Shown: positions 38,991 through 52,782, numbered from the stretch's first letter. The stretch is DNA of 64,000 nucleotides from Octopus vulgaris (GCA_951406725.2 OX597817.1:86304001-86368000), one strand, 5' to 3'. Notes: a model not told the origin generated them from the letters alone. Numbers and translations: made by a program.

Positions 38991-39792
38991 CCTTTGTGGT
39001 TTTCATCACTGTTTACGATTATCTTTAACAAATTTTTTTAATGTATCATATAAATGTAATTTTTGATGCTGAATTTGAATTTATTATTAATTTATTCCAG
39101 AAAAATTTTCCAAAAATGTTACAGGTGTTCAAACTTTGATAATTTTCAGAATTTCCAGCCAATCAGAAAACAGCACGTTAGCTGCCACTTCTATCATCAA
39201 AGGGGTGGGGACATCAGCATGTCAAAACATTAAACTAACTACAGTAAGCAGTGAAAAGCACGACAGCATTTGCGAGTATATTAAATATTTAAAAGTTTGG
39301 ATCAAACCAGAAGAAGTTGCTAGAAATAACAGTCAAAATATTAAACTATACACAAAGTTAGCATGAAAACATTCATGAGCAAATCAAATATCTAAAAGCT
39401 ACAAACAAACCAACAGGAGTTGCTAGAAATAACAGTCAACACATTGTTTAAAACAGACATTTATTAGTTTTAAAAAATTCAAGAATGAAAGTTTGCACTC
39501 TAGGATTTTATAAAATAAATTAGCTTTCTCTTATCTCCTCCTCCTTGTGCACATGCACAGCATCTTTGGTTACTATGGAAACACTTCTTCGCCATGATGA
39601 TGTGTAAAATATTCTCTTCTGATTGGCTAAAATATCCAAATTTTGCAAATTTTAAAGGCTAATAACTTTTTAATTATAGATTTATAGAGAAAATGAATTT
39701 TATTTTCATAATTAATGTACAAAACTTAATCCATATACCAAATTTGAAAGCAATTGGAACAAAATTGTAAACAGTGATGAAAACCATAAAGA
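38991..39792. mobile_element. Non-autonomous TIR element nested in the spacer of the large inverted repeat
   Basis: ctttgtggttttcatcactgtttac (38992-39016) pairs with gtaaacagtgatgaaaaccataaag (about 39767-39791). TSD not resolved. Confidence 0.65.
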
Positions 39793-40935
39793 TCCCATAA
39801 CTCTTTTTGTTTTGTAAATTCACTGGATAAATGCCAGCAATGACCTTTTCAAGGCTCTCCAATATTTTAAATCATAATCAAAAACAATCATGGACAGGTT
39901 GAAAAAAAAAAAATTTTCGAATTTTTTTTTTCTAGCATATTTATGGGGAGAAAATATTGAAAAACATCAATATATTCAAGAGTGAGACAGAAATGAGGAA
40001 GGTTGTCTTAGGATATGCCAGAAACAACAGCCAAAGCTCCCTTAAATCATTCACTTTTTCCTCTGAAAATGTTAAAAATTTTTTGTATTTTTTTATTACT
40101 GAAAAGTCTTCTCCCTCGGTTTTGAAGTGCAAAAAAAAAATTGATCACAATCGGTCCAGAGTGGGATGATGAGGTTGGGGGGAGTTGTAGAAAAATTTTC
40201 CAAACTTTTTTCATAAAAAGATGTTCTCCCTCATCATTTCGAAGGCTGTGGTTTAAAAACATGAGAAAAATCCTCTCAAAACGGAGTAGTTCCAACTTAT
40301 TTGGTCTTCCTGATCCAAAACTCTGTTTTTTCAAAACTCCTCTTCCCACCCCTTCAGGAAACATTTCTCCACAAATTTTTTTATAATCGTAATCTATGTT
40401 GTTTGAAAGGTTTTTGTTTAAAATTTCATTAAAAGATATCCATTTTCCTGAAAGTTACGAGGGAAAAAAGTCAGTTTGTGTGAATTTTCTGAAACACCTC
40501 TCTCTACCCTCTCGGAAAATTCTTTCCCATAAATCCCTCTATACTTTGGATTCACAGCATCTAAGTGGTATTTGTTGAAAATTTTGTTAAAAAGTATCTA
40601 TTTTTATGGAAGTTTTGAGGCAACAAATATGGGGTCTTACACATCTGTAATTATGCCGCTGATTGTTTAGAGGGGTCATGAACATTTTAGGAATAAAATT
40701 AGGAATAGATCAAGTCATATATTTATATTCTAAACACATTTTCAAAATAATCTTTGTTGGGATTAAAATGAGATGGACATTGTATTATAAGTGAGTTGAA
40801 ACATGACTGATAGTATGCAAGATTCATTATGATTTCATTATATAAATCCTCACCTTTAATAATTTCCATAAAAATTTAACATGGAGGCAATTATCCATGC
40901 AAATATCTAAAAGAAGAGACACATGCTGGATGGAA

Positions 40936-41192
40936 TAAAATAATAAATGTGCCCATTTAAAGCCTAGCCAGGCTCATGGGCCCAGTTTCCCGGTTTCAAT
41001 GGTGTATGTGTTCCCCATCTGGATGGGACGCCAGTCCATTGCAGCGTTATTCATTTTTGCCAGCTGAGTGGACTGGAGCAATGTGAAATGAAGTGTTTTG
41101 CTCAAGAAAACAATGCGTCACCCGGTCCAGGAATCAAAACTACAATCTTCTGATCATGATGCTGACACCCTAACCACTAAGCAACGTGCCTC
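40936..41192 (-). mobile_element. tRNA-derived SINE (third family)
   Basis: Minus strand starts gaggcacgttgcttagtggttagggtgtcag. Perfect 14-bp TSD catgctggatggaa at 40922-40935 and 41193-41206. Confidence 0.85.
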
Positions 41193-43074
41193 CATGCTGG
41201 ATGGAAAAGTAGAAAAAAAAAAACACTGCAAATCAATTTCTCTTTGATTAAAATAATCTTGTATTTTTTTCTTTTTGGCAAAACAAGGGCAGAGGACATT
41301 TATAAAATATCGTTTAGTGGAAGAGGATACAAGCTATAAAAGGGTAGAGAAGAATTGTTTTACAATACTTAACTATGGGTTGGAATGAAACTCATGTGTC
41401 AGAGGGTCTAAACAAGTTTTTAAAAATATGTGGCCCTTATCTTGCCCACAACAAAATTCAAGTTGGATCCAATTCATAGCTGATACGCCTGTGGGTACCA
41501 ATGTTTATGATGCTAGAATATCAATCTATATCAATTGTATGAGTAACAATTTCCATTTGACAATCTAATATTTAGCAGGGCAACTAGCTTATTTAAAAGA
41601 GATGGTGAAAACATATTGACACTTTCATGAAAATGATTCATTAAAAACGATTTTGCCAAGTTATTGACTTGAAAAGTTCAATTGATTTTCCATTTTCAGG
41701 ACATTATTTTAGAAAAAAATCACATTCATATACAGTAGAAACTCGTTAATCTGGCACTCATGGGACCTGACAAAAATGAACTTATAGAAAATACTACATT
41801 ACAGTAAATGGATGCATAAAGTGACCCCTGTCTCACACACAAAGACACAAGAAATTTAAATACTGAAATGTGCACCATTAAATATTGAATTAAATCTATC
41901 ACAGAAAACAATTTCATTAAAGGTAGAAAGCTGATGGTATTAAGGTGGCAAACTCACAGAATTATCAAAATGTGAGACAGAATGCTTAGTAGAATTTCTT
42001 CTGGCTCTTTATGTTCTGAGTTTGAATTTTGCCAAAGTTGACTTTGCTTATCATCTTTTCCAGACCAATAAAATAAGTACCAGTTGAGCACTGGGTATAA
42101 TGTAATTGACTAACTCCTACCACTTCAAATTACTGGCCTTGAGCCAAAATCTGAAACTATTATTTTGTACCTTAACACAAGTGCAAAACGATGTATGAAA
42201 CATTTAGATATTTCCTTTCTTTTAAAAACAGGCAGAAAATGGATGTTTTTGAAAATTGGAATACAGTTTTTCTTCTGTGTATAGCATAGGTGAATATTAC
42301 AAAAGTTGGACAAAGGGGATATTTGAAACATTTGTTAAAGCTAACTTGTTAACTGAAAATTATGCCAAGAATAAGGAACACCCTAAATGTTTCTACTTTC
42401 TATGTCACTTGTTTCTTTATAATGTGGCTTTCAATCCATTTTCATTGCATCTGTATATCATTCACAGTAAACCTTATATATTTGAATGCAAATTTTTATT
42501 ATATAATATACATTCATATGTATATACATAAATTCATATGTATACACATACATTCATATGTATACACATAAATATGCCAAAATAAGGATTAAACAAAAAC
42601 TAGTGTGGCACAAAGTACTCTTTAATCTACCCTCCATTCCCAAATATATGATGCAAACTATAATTGTAACATTTGATAAAAGTCACTCAATAATCACTTG
42701 AATATTCTCCCCTGGTTCAATTTGACAACACAATCATTTAGTACTTCATCAATCATGCTTTGTCTTGAACTTTCTTTACTTCTTTATTAATAGTCATATG
42801 TAACTCTCCCACTGCTACCCATCAATTGTATTCATTCTCATTCCTTGAGGGCTATTACTGCAACTTCAAGATGAAACATTTTACTGTGACACCTTACCAA
42901 CTTTTACTGCCCTATCATCATAATCTGTGTTCTATGACAGTTGACTACCCGCATGTTGCAAAAGCTCTGCATTTTGCATTATCTGACCTAGCACCCAAAA
43001 GACTAGACCAAGTTCCTGCTTGTTGAAACATGACATGTGCTTGACTTATGCTCAGAATTTCATGCTCACTTATA

Positions 43075-43480
43075 CTCTTTTACTCTTTTACTTGTTTCAG
43101 TCATTTGAATGTGGCCATGCTGGAGCACTGTCTTTAGTTGAGCAAATCGACCCCAGGACTTATTCTTTGTAAGCCTAGTACTTATTCTATCGGTCTCTTT
43201 TGCCGGACCGCTAAGTTACGGGGATGTAAACACACCAGCATCGGTTGTCAAGTGATGTTGGGGGGACAAACACAGACACACAAACACACACGCACACACA
43301 CACACTCATATATATACATATATACGATGGGCTTCTTTCAGTTTCCCTCTACCAAATCCACTCACAAGGCTTTGGTCGGCCCAAGGCTATAGTAGAAGAC
43401 ACTTGCCCAAGGTGCCACGCAGTGGGACTGAACCTGGAACCATGTGGTTGGTAAGCAAGCTACTTAACACACAGCCACTC
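43075..43480 (-). mobile_element. tRNA-derived octopus-type SINE, near full length
   Basis: Same family as 20800-21153, with an internal (CA)n/(TA)n tract. Confidence 0.85.
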
Positions 43481-44225
43481 AGAAAAAAATATTGATAATT
43501 ATCTATAGTCCTTCTGCTGAAGTTACATTAACTGGCATAAATAAATGTAAAAAAATGACACACAAAGAATATGTCTGCACAGAAATACTGCAGTACCATA
43601 AGCTTCACTAACTCCTAGCTTTGTGTTGGATTGCACTGGCTAAAATTACAAAAAGAACATCAATCTTTACAGGTTTGTAACTTTTTTATTATTAGTTTCT
43701 CAATAAAGAGAAAAATAGGTGGCATAGTTGGGTGAATTTTTGTAATTGGATAGAAAACTATGTCCGTTTACAAGTTTTCAATAAAATCAGAAGTTTGACT
43801 TGTTGAAAAGATCCTGTTTTGTGGGTTCTTTTTTATTGATCAGGGAACAATAAACTTTGTCATGATTAAAATATGAATTAGACATGACTGACGATATGCT
43901 AAGATCCAATATTATTTCCTCATATAAGCCCTCATTTTTTAAAATAATTTCTTAAAATCTAACACAATAACTCTAGTCCAGACAAATAACCAAAAAGAAG
44001 CACATATGGATAATAACTTCTGTTTGATTTGAATAATCTGAATAATATAGATGCAGGCTTGGTTGTATGGTTAAGAAGGTTGGTTTCCAACCACATGGTT
44101 TCAGGTTCAATCTCACTGTATGACACTTGGGAGCAAGTGTATTCTTCTATAGTTCAGAGCTGACCAAAGCCTTGGATTTGGTAGACAGAAACTGAAAGAA
44201 GCCCATGGATTGTGTTTATGTGTGT

Positions 44226-44279
<54 letters not shown>

Positions 44280-44699
44280 TAATCAGCAGAAGTTATAGAG
44301 TGATTGAAAAACCAAGAGTTTCATGTGTTGGCACTTATCAAACTGAGAGCATACATTTATGTACCAGTGATAATTAGATTTCCCTGTATTGTTCTGAAGC
44401 AAATTGTTAAAACAGTAATGGATAATGCATATTTTTCAATTGGTCTGCCCAAAACAGAGTTCAATAAATGAATGAATAAATAGATAAATAAATAAACAAA
44501 TAAGGAAAATTTGAAGATGTAAGGTACATTCCAGAATGCACTATACTTCTCATAAACTGACCTGCCAACTTTTACTATTCCAGATTGAAGAGATGACTGT
44601 AACAGCACTTTGAACACACTACACTAAACACTGCTTGTCACAGATGACTAATCTGTAGAATGCAGTCGAGATGTGAAGATAATTTGGAAGCTTGCTATG

Positions 44700-45170
44700 C
44701 AATAAAGTTTTGTGTTAAACTGAGAAAAAACACTGCAGAAAGTTAAGAAATGTTCCAAACTGCTTACGATCAATTTGTATGAGCTAAGCATCTGTTTTTC
44801 ACTGGCACAAGAGGCAAGGCAAACAAGTCTAGTGAGAAGCTCATAACAATCCAATTTTACAACAGAAAGGGCATCATCTACATCCACTGAGTTCCATCTG
44901 GCCATACAGTCAACAAAAAATACTTTGTGGAGGTTTTGAAGGAGTTCAGGAAGAGATTTCATCACAAAAGGCCAGAGCACTAGGCCAATGTACCAGTCCA
45001 CAATTTCACCCTGGTAACCAACTACTTGACAGAAATGGACACCAAAACTATCCCCCACTCTCCCCAATGCCCAGACATTGCTCCCTGTGACTTTTGGTTG
45101 TTCCTCAAACTGAAGGAAAAGATGAAGGAAGCTGTGGCAAGGGTCCCGAACAGCTTGACTTTGGAGAACA
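44700..45170 (+). mobile_element. mariner transposase remnant
   Basis: TVNKKYFVEVLKEFR and IPHSPQCPDIAPCDFWLFLKLK (decayed YSPDLAPxDF motif); frameshifts and stops present. Confidence 0.85.
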
Positions 45171-45171
45171 T

Positions 45172-47040
45172 CTATGAAAAAAGCATGTGTCAGGATGTAG
45201 GCCTACATTGCAATTTGATGCAAACAAATTTGGTGCATTTTCCACAAACTGTGCATTACCTTTGAGTTTCAATTTTGTTGACAAGGTAGTCTCTATTTTG
45301 AATCGTGCCACATGTGGAACTTGCTTCTTTGTTTTAGGATGTACCACTCTCTTCTTTTCTAAATCTGGTGCAGCAAGCAATGCAGTAACTATTTGCCTTA
45401 TAAATTTCATTAGAGAAATATTCCTCTGAATAGAGCAGAAAAGAATCCATAAATTTACAATGCTTCCATTGAGGCAAAATCTAAACAAAGGCCAATACCA
45501 TTTTCTTGATTGTATTCTAATTTGATAATGACCTCTCAGTTTGTCAAATAGGTTGACACCTCTCGTTTGTTTGTTATATAGCTTCACAATTTTTTATTGA
45601 GGTACAAATATTCTATTTCTCTCAAGATTTTTTTCATCATTTACAGCTACCAACATCAAAAACCTTCTCATATTTCAAATTGGTTACAAGATTTACTTAG
45701 TTATTATCATGCCATCTTAGCAGGGTAATTCCATTCTCCTTATCCTCAACTGCACCTCAATTGCCTCATGCAGCTTTGCTTATATCCTGTAGTGGTGCCA
45801 TTTTTGTTCCATAATTTCAAATAGTCCTAACACAAAAGAGACCATTGTTTCAACACATCTAGTATTGATCTCTCATGGGTGGGATACTTACCTGGTTCAG
45901 GAGCATCTGACAGTACAGATGTGTTGCTTCATGTGATAAGTAGATAGAACTGGTTAGAATACACACACTCACACGCACACGCACACACACACATGTATAC
46001 ACATACATATATACATGGAGAGAGAGAGAGAGAGAAAGATACATATGCAGAGACGGTGCGCACATACAGATGAATGCAAAGTAAATTAATGTATATTTGA
46101 ATATCATGCAAACAGGTAAAATTAGTATACACATATACCAACAAACATGCACACAGACATATGCATCCATATCACCATACACACACCCGGCTCCCTGTGC
46201 CAGTGGCACATAAAAAGCACCCACTACACTCTCAGAGTGATTGGAGTTAGGAAGGGCATCGAGCTGTAGAAACATTGCCAGATCAGATTGGAGCCTGGTG
46301 TGGCCTCCCAGCTTGCCAGTCCCCAGTCAAACCGTCCAACCCATGCCAGCATGGACGTTAAATGATAATGATAAATTCGATACTGTCTGCTGTGTAATAA
46401 CATAAGAATGAAATACGCCATTAATATTTCGAACTGTCTGTGATGCTGTATTTCCAAGAATTTCCGACTTACCCATCTCTAAACAAAAATAGCAACAAAA
46501 AAAACGGATTTATAAATACTTTATAAAGTGCAAAATGAGTTAGAATAAAGAAATAAATGTGTCAGCTTTCTAACAAAAAATAAAGATTGTCAAAATATAA
46601 TAGTGGTCCAAAATGAGTAGCTGTTAAAGTTTACCATATACCTTACTTCAAAATTCATACCTGACAACCTAATAAATGATTGTTTGAACTGGATCTAGTC
46701 TCTCAGTACATTCTTCTACAGGGTAGTTTATTGTAGCTTGACAAAAGAATTCCAAAAAACTTGTAAAGATCCTTAACAGACAAAGTAAACTGCAAATCTC
46801 CCTTTTGTGCGGCATATCTAACAGTTTCTTTGCAAATATGATTTATAATATCTTTAGAGAAGCATTCCTTGATGACATCATCGGGAAGTATTACCTTCCT
46901 TGGAAACAGGTGAGGGGGTTCACTACAGGAAGAGCAACTGGCAGTAGAAAATCTGCCTTGATAAACCACATCCAACCCTTGCAAGCACTAACCCTTTGCC
47001 TGAACAAAGCATCTTCATAAATTTGTGCTAAACATCCTTG
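45172..47040 (-). mobile_element. piggyBac transposase remnant, interrupted by a microsatellite and a SINE
   Basis: IINHICKETVRYAAQKG..KFFGILLSSYNKLPCRRMY, ITLLRWHDNN, YNKQTRGVNLFD..SRKWYWPLFRFCLNGSIVNLW, and a C-terminal CNVGLH. Confidence 0.88.
46188..46372 (+). mobile_element. RTE-tailed SINE 3' part
   Basis: cagtggcacataaaaagcacccactacactctc..ggaagggcatc..cgtccaacccatgccagcatgg. Confidence 0.8.
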
Positions 47041-48372
47041 CTTGTTTTTGGACTTTTAGTTAGCCCTTGTTTCATATATTCTGAGTTATATAAAGCTTTC
47101 CTTTCATAAATCCCAAGTTATTCTGGTGGTTGAAAAAAAATTGGTAATGTTTATTAAGTATGATGCATGGATACCAGTGGAATAGATTGTATGCGTCACA
47201 TGTGATACACAGGACACACAAAGAATTTAAACAATGATGATGTATTTTTCTTTGCAAAACAAGAGGAGGAGTTATTTGTAAAATGCCATTTGATGAAAGA
47301 TTGAGAGAACCATTTTTCAACATAGATCCTTTATGCTGGTAGAGATTTATTCTTCTGGTGCTAAGCAGAGAATAAAAGAGAATTATATTTAATTTATTGT
47401 TACACAAGTACGGTAAGTATAGCAGACTTTGTTTATATCTTCTATTCATGAGTTCTGGGAGGTAGAATTAGTTCAAACAATTCATACTTGGCAACTTACT
47501 GAATATGATTAAAAAAAAATATTTTTAATGAATGCCACTCTCAGTAGAATTCTTTTGGGTTATGGTCACAAACTGAAAGTGGAAAAATCGTCACAGGCAA
47601 ATGACATTGATAGTTTGGAAAAAAGATAAATTTAAAAAAAATCTGTGGGTTAATGTTTACCTGGAAACGAAAAAAAAAAAAAATAATGCAACGAGTGTAA
47701 AAAAATGTACGGAAAACGAATATGAAAACAAAAATGCTCGGAAAGCAACGGGGGTAGGGGTGGTGGGGAGAGGATTACGGAAAATTCACAAGATCTGATA
47801 TCTGTCCTCATCACTTTAAGGATATTGGATATCTTTAACGAAATATATATACATTTCATTGGTACATGGAATATGAACTATTTTTTCGTATAACAAAAGA
47901 CAACGACCCTTCATCAGTTGTGGGCTGTTTTTCTACACTTGTATTTTGAGCATTTAACAACAATATATGCTTTCGATAAAGCAAATTAAATAAAATTTGG
48001 GATTTTGTGGAGGGTCAAAATTGGTAACACAAACAGGACAGTGAAAACAAACAGGAAGGGCTGCTAAGCCTAAACAAGGTTGTGGTGGCGAACGCGTAAA
48101 TCAAGCTTGGACAGGAGACAGACAAGAACACGTCTTCCTTGTTCCAGCTACAATGGAGAGAAAGAAAGATGGCTGATGGTCACGTGGGAGCCACATGAGC
48201 AAAGGAGGAGGAGTGAGGGAGAGAGAGTGACAGAATAATAGGATAGACTAGTGGGAGAATAGAAGGTAAAAAAATAAGAGAGAAAGAGTAAAAAGATCGT
48301 ATAGAGTGCGCATCATAATTATTAAGATAAAACTTACCTGGAAGAGGATGTGTGGTGTTCAATCATATAATA

Positions 48373-48419
<47 letters not shown>

Positions 48420-48456
48420 TATATACATACATATATGTACATACTTACATCTATAT

Positions 48457-48905
48457 CATCATCATCATCGTTTAATGTCCACTTTCCATGCTAGCATGGG
48501 TTGGACGGTTCAACTGGGGTCTGGGGAGCCCAAAGGCTGCACCAGGCCAGTCAGATCTGGCAGTGTTTCTACAGCTGGATGCCCTTCCTAACGCCAACCA
48601 CTCCGAGAGTATAGTGGGTGATTTTATGTGCCACCGACACAGGTGCCAGACGAGGCTGGCGAACGGCGACGCTCGGATGGTGTTTTTTATGTGCCACCGA
48701 CACAGGTGCCAGACGAGGCTGGCGATCGGCCACGATCGGATGGTGTTTGTTACATGCCACCGACACAGGTGCCAGATGAGGCTGGCGATCGGCCACGATC
48801 GGATGGTGTTTGTTACGTGCCCACAGCACGGAGGCCAGTCGATGTGGTACTGGCTACGGCCACGTTCGGATGGTTTTCTTATGTGCCACCGGCACTGGTA
48901 CCACA
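48457..48905 (-). mobile_element. RTE-tailed SINE with an internal 63-bp tandem array
   Basis: Units begin (tgcc) at 48629, 48692, 48755 and 48818. A related plus-strand element lies at 56770-57253. Confidence 0.85.
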
Positions 48906-49239
48906 AGATTCACAAAATATGAAGTGTGAGTACATGGAATATGAACTATTTTTTCGAACAACGAAAGACAAACAACATAAAGAATGACCGTACTGCAAAC
49001 CCCTTATTTGCATTCGGAAAAAGGGGGTGTGCAGAAACCAGAATTATTGGAAAATGCTTTTCTTTTTGTTTTGATGAATGAATCACAGCGACCTAATATG
49101 TCACAATCTGCAATCTGGGATTTATATGTCCAGTGATTTTTAAGAGGTATGTAAAAGATAATTTGTTTTAATATTATACTCTTACTTGTTTCTCAAATAC
49201 ACAAACACTAATGTGTAAGGATTTTGTATCATTCTTTTT

Positions 49240-49652
49240 GGATCTTTTCGGTTTGACCGGCAGTTTTTAAAAATAATTTCCACGTAACTAAACACTTTTA
49301 AACTTTGTATACTGGTAGAATGTGTTTATAAAACATCTTTTTCTCTTGGCTTTATTGAGAAAATTCTATAGTTTGTAAGATATTTGTTGTTTTCTTTCTT
49401 CAATTTCTGCAATTTCAACCAATCAATGACGTCTATTGAGGTGAAAACATTCTGTGCCGTATGTATATGTCCCTCGTTTAAGAAACAGATTGGGTTTATT
49501 TACATTTCTGAAAAAAAAATAAGAGACCCTTCCCCCCACCCCTAATCCTAAAACAGATTGAAATGCAATAGATCGATACTAGGGTCATAATTATAGGTGA
49601 CAATTTCATATGACACCGCTAGAAAAAACTGCCGGTCAAACCGAAAAGATTC
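49240..49652. mobile_element. Merlin-type MITE
   Basis: Perfect 27-bp inverted repeat atcttttcggtttgaccggcagttttt (49242-49268 / 49624-49650), GG at the left terminus, and an 8-bp TSD ttcttttt (49232-49239 / 49653-49660). Confidence 0.85.
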
Positions 49653-51492
49653 TTCTTTTTCTCACCTGTCTAGACTTTGTTACCACTAATTTTTATAACT
49701 TCAGTATTTTCACTTATTATTCTTTTCAAACTTCTTTGAATTTTCAATCTAATGTAATCCACATTCTAGAAAACGTATTTCTTAAAAATGTTATCTTAAA
49801 ATATGGGTTAAGAAAAGGGGCCAATGCAGTTTCCACTTCACCTTAAAAAACGCATTTTTGGGGGTTCCCCCATCTTTTTTCCTGAACAAAATAAGGGGTT
49901 TATGGCACATTAGGCATCTCTAATGCATGTCGTTTGAAAGGTGTTAATATACAATTTCATTAAAAGATATCCATTTTCCTTAAAGTTACGAAGGAAAAAA
50001 TCGGATCTTGCGAATTTTTCGAAGTTCTCTCCCCACCCATTTGGAAAAGATTTTACTCACAAATTTCTTTATAATCGTAATCTTTGCTGTTTGAAAGGTA
50101 GTTATATAAAATTTCATTAAAAAACCCCACATTTTCCTAAAAGTTCGGAGGAAAAACTCGGATCTTCTGAATTTTCCGAAGTCCTCTTCCCCTCCCCCAT
50201 CGCTTTCCACGCATTTTTGTTTTCATATTCGTTTCCTACACATTTCTTTTTTACACCGTTGCACTATTTTTTAAAACTTCGTTTCCGGGTAATATTGTAA
50301 ACATTAACCAATTTTTGTCTCTTTAAATGTGAGCGAGGATTAAAAATTCGCAACCTTTATCTCCATGGTTGAAAATAAAGATCCGTAAAAAAAATTTTGT
50401 AGAAAAAAAGGTTAGTGGGAGGGGGTGTTCTTATTCGACACGTCCGCCTGGACATAGCCGGGTAGATTTTCCACTTTCCGTTTGTGGTCACAAACCGAAA
50501 GTAAGCAGTAACAGCCGTGAAAATGTGACATTATTTTTATTAAATATTCCATTGCCCAAAATGTAATTTTAAAAATTTAACCACGTTTTCCAGGCAGTCT
50601 TTTGAGATATTGGGCGTTTCTGAGCAGTTGACCATGAAGTGCTTTTGCCTCGCTGACCATATCTGTTCCAGCGCATCATCCTCACAAACTCCTGCTTTAA
50701 TGTCGTCAGTATTTTCACTTGTCTCAAAAATTTAGGGAGAGGAACATCAGTTTTTCTGGCATCATAAGTAATTGAGGCAGTGTGCCTGTCTCATCTGATT
50801 TCCTTTTATTTATATTTTTTCCATTCTGAAATAAATATTTCCTGTCTTAGAAATATTAATACCGAAAGAGAGTAACTGAGAGGTTGAGATTTAAAAATTT
50901 TTATTCTATTCTTTTAAAATTTAATTCGTAGTTGTAAGTGAACGCAGCACTAAACGAATATAGATATGTTTTCGGTTAACTATCCATTATCCATGCTCCA
51001 TAACAAACGTCAAAGTTATGCAGACGAGTAACTGTTAACCCAGCCGACGTCGTCGTATATGGTAGGTCAATGAATATTATTAAGCAAAATACATTTTTGG
51101 AAATGAATAATTTCGCTCTTCAATGTATCTCTATCACATACGATGATTTTACACTCCACTAAACTTGTGGTAACTAATGTAGCACATCACACTCAAGAAA
51201 TCAAAACGTATGTTCTTAGTTGTTTTGGATAACCTTTGAAACAGTTCTCAGTTCCTTACGTAACTTATAATACACTAGTATACACCACATTTAAAAGGAA
51301 AAATTTGATATACCCAGAAAAACATTATACTGTTTCTAAGGATTACGTTATGTTTTTTTTATACATTTCAACAAATGTATTTCTCGTTTCTAATTAGTTT
51401 TATGTGAATATTTGAGGCTAGATTACTTAATCCCGGTATAATGTTTTTTCATGAAACTTTCACCGGTTGTTCGACTTAGTGTAGAGGACAAA

Positions 51493-51573
51493 ATGTTGAT
51501 GGTCAGGCTTCGCTTGAATACGGCGCCAGCCTTTTTGAATAGAATTCTAACAACTAGTGGCTGTAACATATTT
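51493..51573 (+). CDS. TMEM70: TMEM70 exon 1 (mitochondrial targeting presequence)
   Basis: MLMVRLRLNTAPAFLNRILTTSGCNIF is Arg-rich with no acidic residues. It is followed by a consensus donor GTAAGT at 51574, phase 0, matching the phase-0 acceptor at 52781-52782. An in-frame upstream ATG exists at 51451. Confidence 0.7.
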
Positions 51574-51914
51574 GTAAGTATATATGTATATATATATATT
51601 TTAGTTTGTTTCTCAATCATAATGTACAATCCACTTTGTAGTGAAACCAAATCACTTTTCAATTCTGCTATGTGAATGCTAATACACTTGAAACATTGTT
51701 TTGGGGATTAATATAAAGACCTTCACTCGGGAACAAAAAAATAAATAACCAGCTTGGTGGGTGTTAGCAAGTGTATGGAAAACGAATATGAAAAAAATGC
51801 GCGCTGACGACCCTGGGGATGGGGAGAGGACTTTCGAAAAATTAACAAGAACCGATTTTTCCGTCATAACTTCGGGTAAAATGGATATATATTGATATAG
51901 TTCAAAAATCAAAC

Positions 51915-52045
51915 CGATGCTGAAAGTGCGTTCAAAGAGTTCATCAGTTCCAGAACTCCAGATTTTTATGTTATTAGAATAAACAAACTTGTAACTCGTT
52001 GGCAAAAATGTGTTGATTGTAATGGTACTTACTTCGATGAATAAA
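51915..52045 (+). mobile_element. mariner transposase C-terminal fragment in the TMEM70 intron
   Basis: AESAFKEFISSRTPDFYVIRINKLVTRWQKCVDCNGTYFDE*. Confidence 0.85.
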
Positions 52046-52782
52046 ATTCCCACACTGTTGAAATATATTGTGATGAATTTCATGTTTCAAAACGTTGCTT
52101 GCTTTTTACTCGGCCTGATATATCAAAGAGCCCTTAGGAGCTAAGAAATTATAAAGATTTATAAATAATTCATTGTTCAATTATGGCCTTTAATGGGTTA
52201 ATTTGAAATAACATCAAAATATTTCTTGATGTTTTAAGACTGACTTGTGTTTTATGTCTTTATGTGTAACACCTTGTGAAAGTTGAAGCTTGAATTCTAA
52301 TAAACTCAAACTTTTATGAAATAAAGACATGTTAAAGACTATGTATAGAAGATTGTATGGAGATGCAGCATGAATGAATAATTAGAGTTTACTTTGCAAT
52401 TACAATGTCGCAGATTTGATCCTATTGCATGGTATCTTGGGCAAGTGTCTCTTACCATTGCCTCATGTTGACCCACACTTTATGAGTGAAAATTGGGTTG
52501 ATAGAAAATGAGTGTTGAGTGAATTGTACCTGTAATTTGCAAAGTACAGCTGTTTCACACTATTATACTATCACACTAGTACAGCTGCATCACACTATTA
52601 CACTGAGTATATTAAGGATACACATATCCATGGAATGCTCTGCTCATGTTAATTCAGTTGATTGAACTACTGAAACCCCATCAGAGATCCATTTATTTAG
52701 TAAAAGAATCTATAAACCATTGTTAATTGATATTTCAAAATTGACTAGAAATAGCCTGACATATTTTGTTTACTATTTTCAG

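Larger units (their letters stand above)
37547..40628. mobile_element. Large inverted-repeat (foldback-like) structure with about 650-bp arms
   Basis: 37547-38193 aligns by eye to the reverse complement of 39942-40628 along its length. Confidence 0.8.

Noticed and set aside
47072-47449. 125-aa minus-strand ORF beside the piggyBac remnant
   Set aside because: No transposase or host-protein motif recognised; composition is typical of AT-rich non-coding DNA.
48472-48987. Repetitive ORFs in multiple frames; array superficially CRISPR-like
   Set aside because: 63-bp tandem units inside a SINE. There are no unique spacers or cas genes, and the context is eukaryotic.
50560-50800. Coding-like composition on the minus strand upstream of TMEM70
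   Set aside because: Frames are interrupted by stops, with no recognisable protein and no convincing splice pair.
52720-52782. N-terminal 21 aa of the listed TMEM70 ORF
   Set aside because: Starts at TTG in intronic sequence upstream of the splice acceptor; the real N-terminus is likely exon 1 at 51493.
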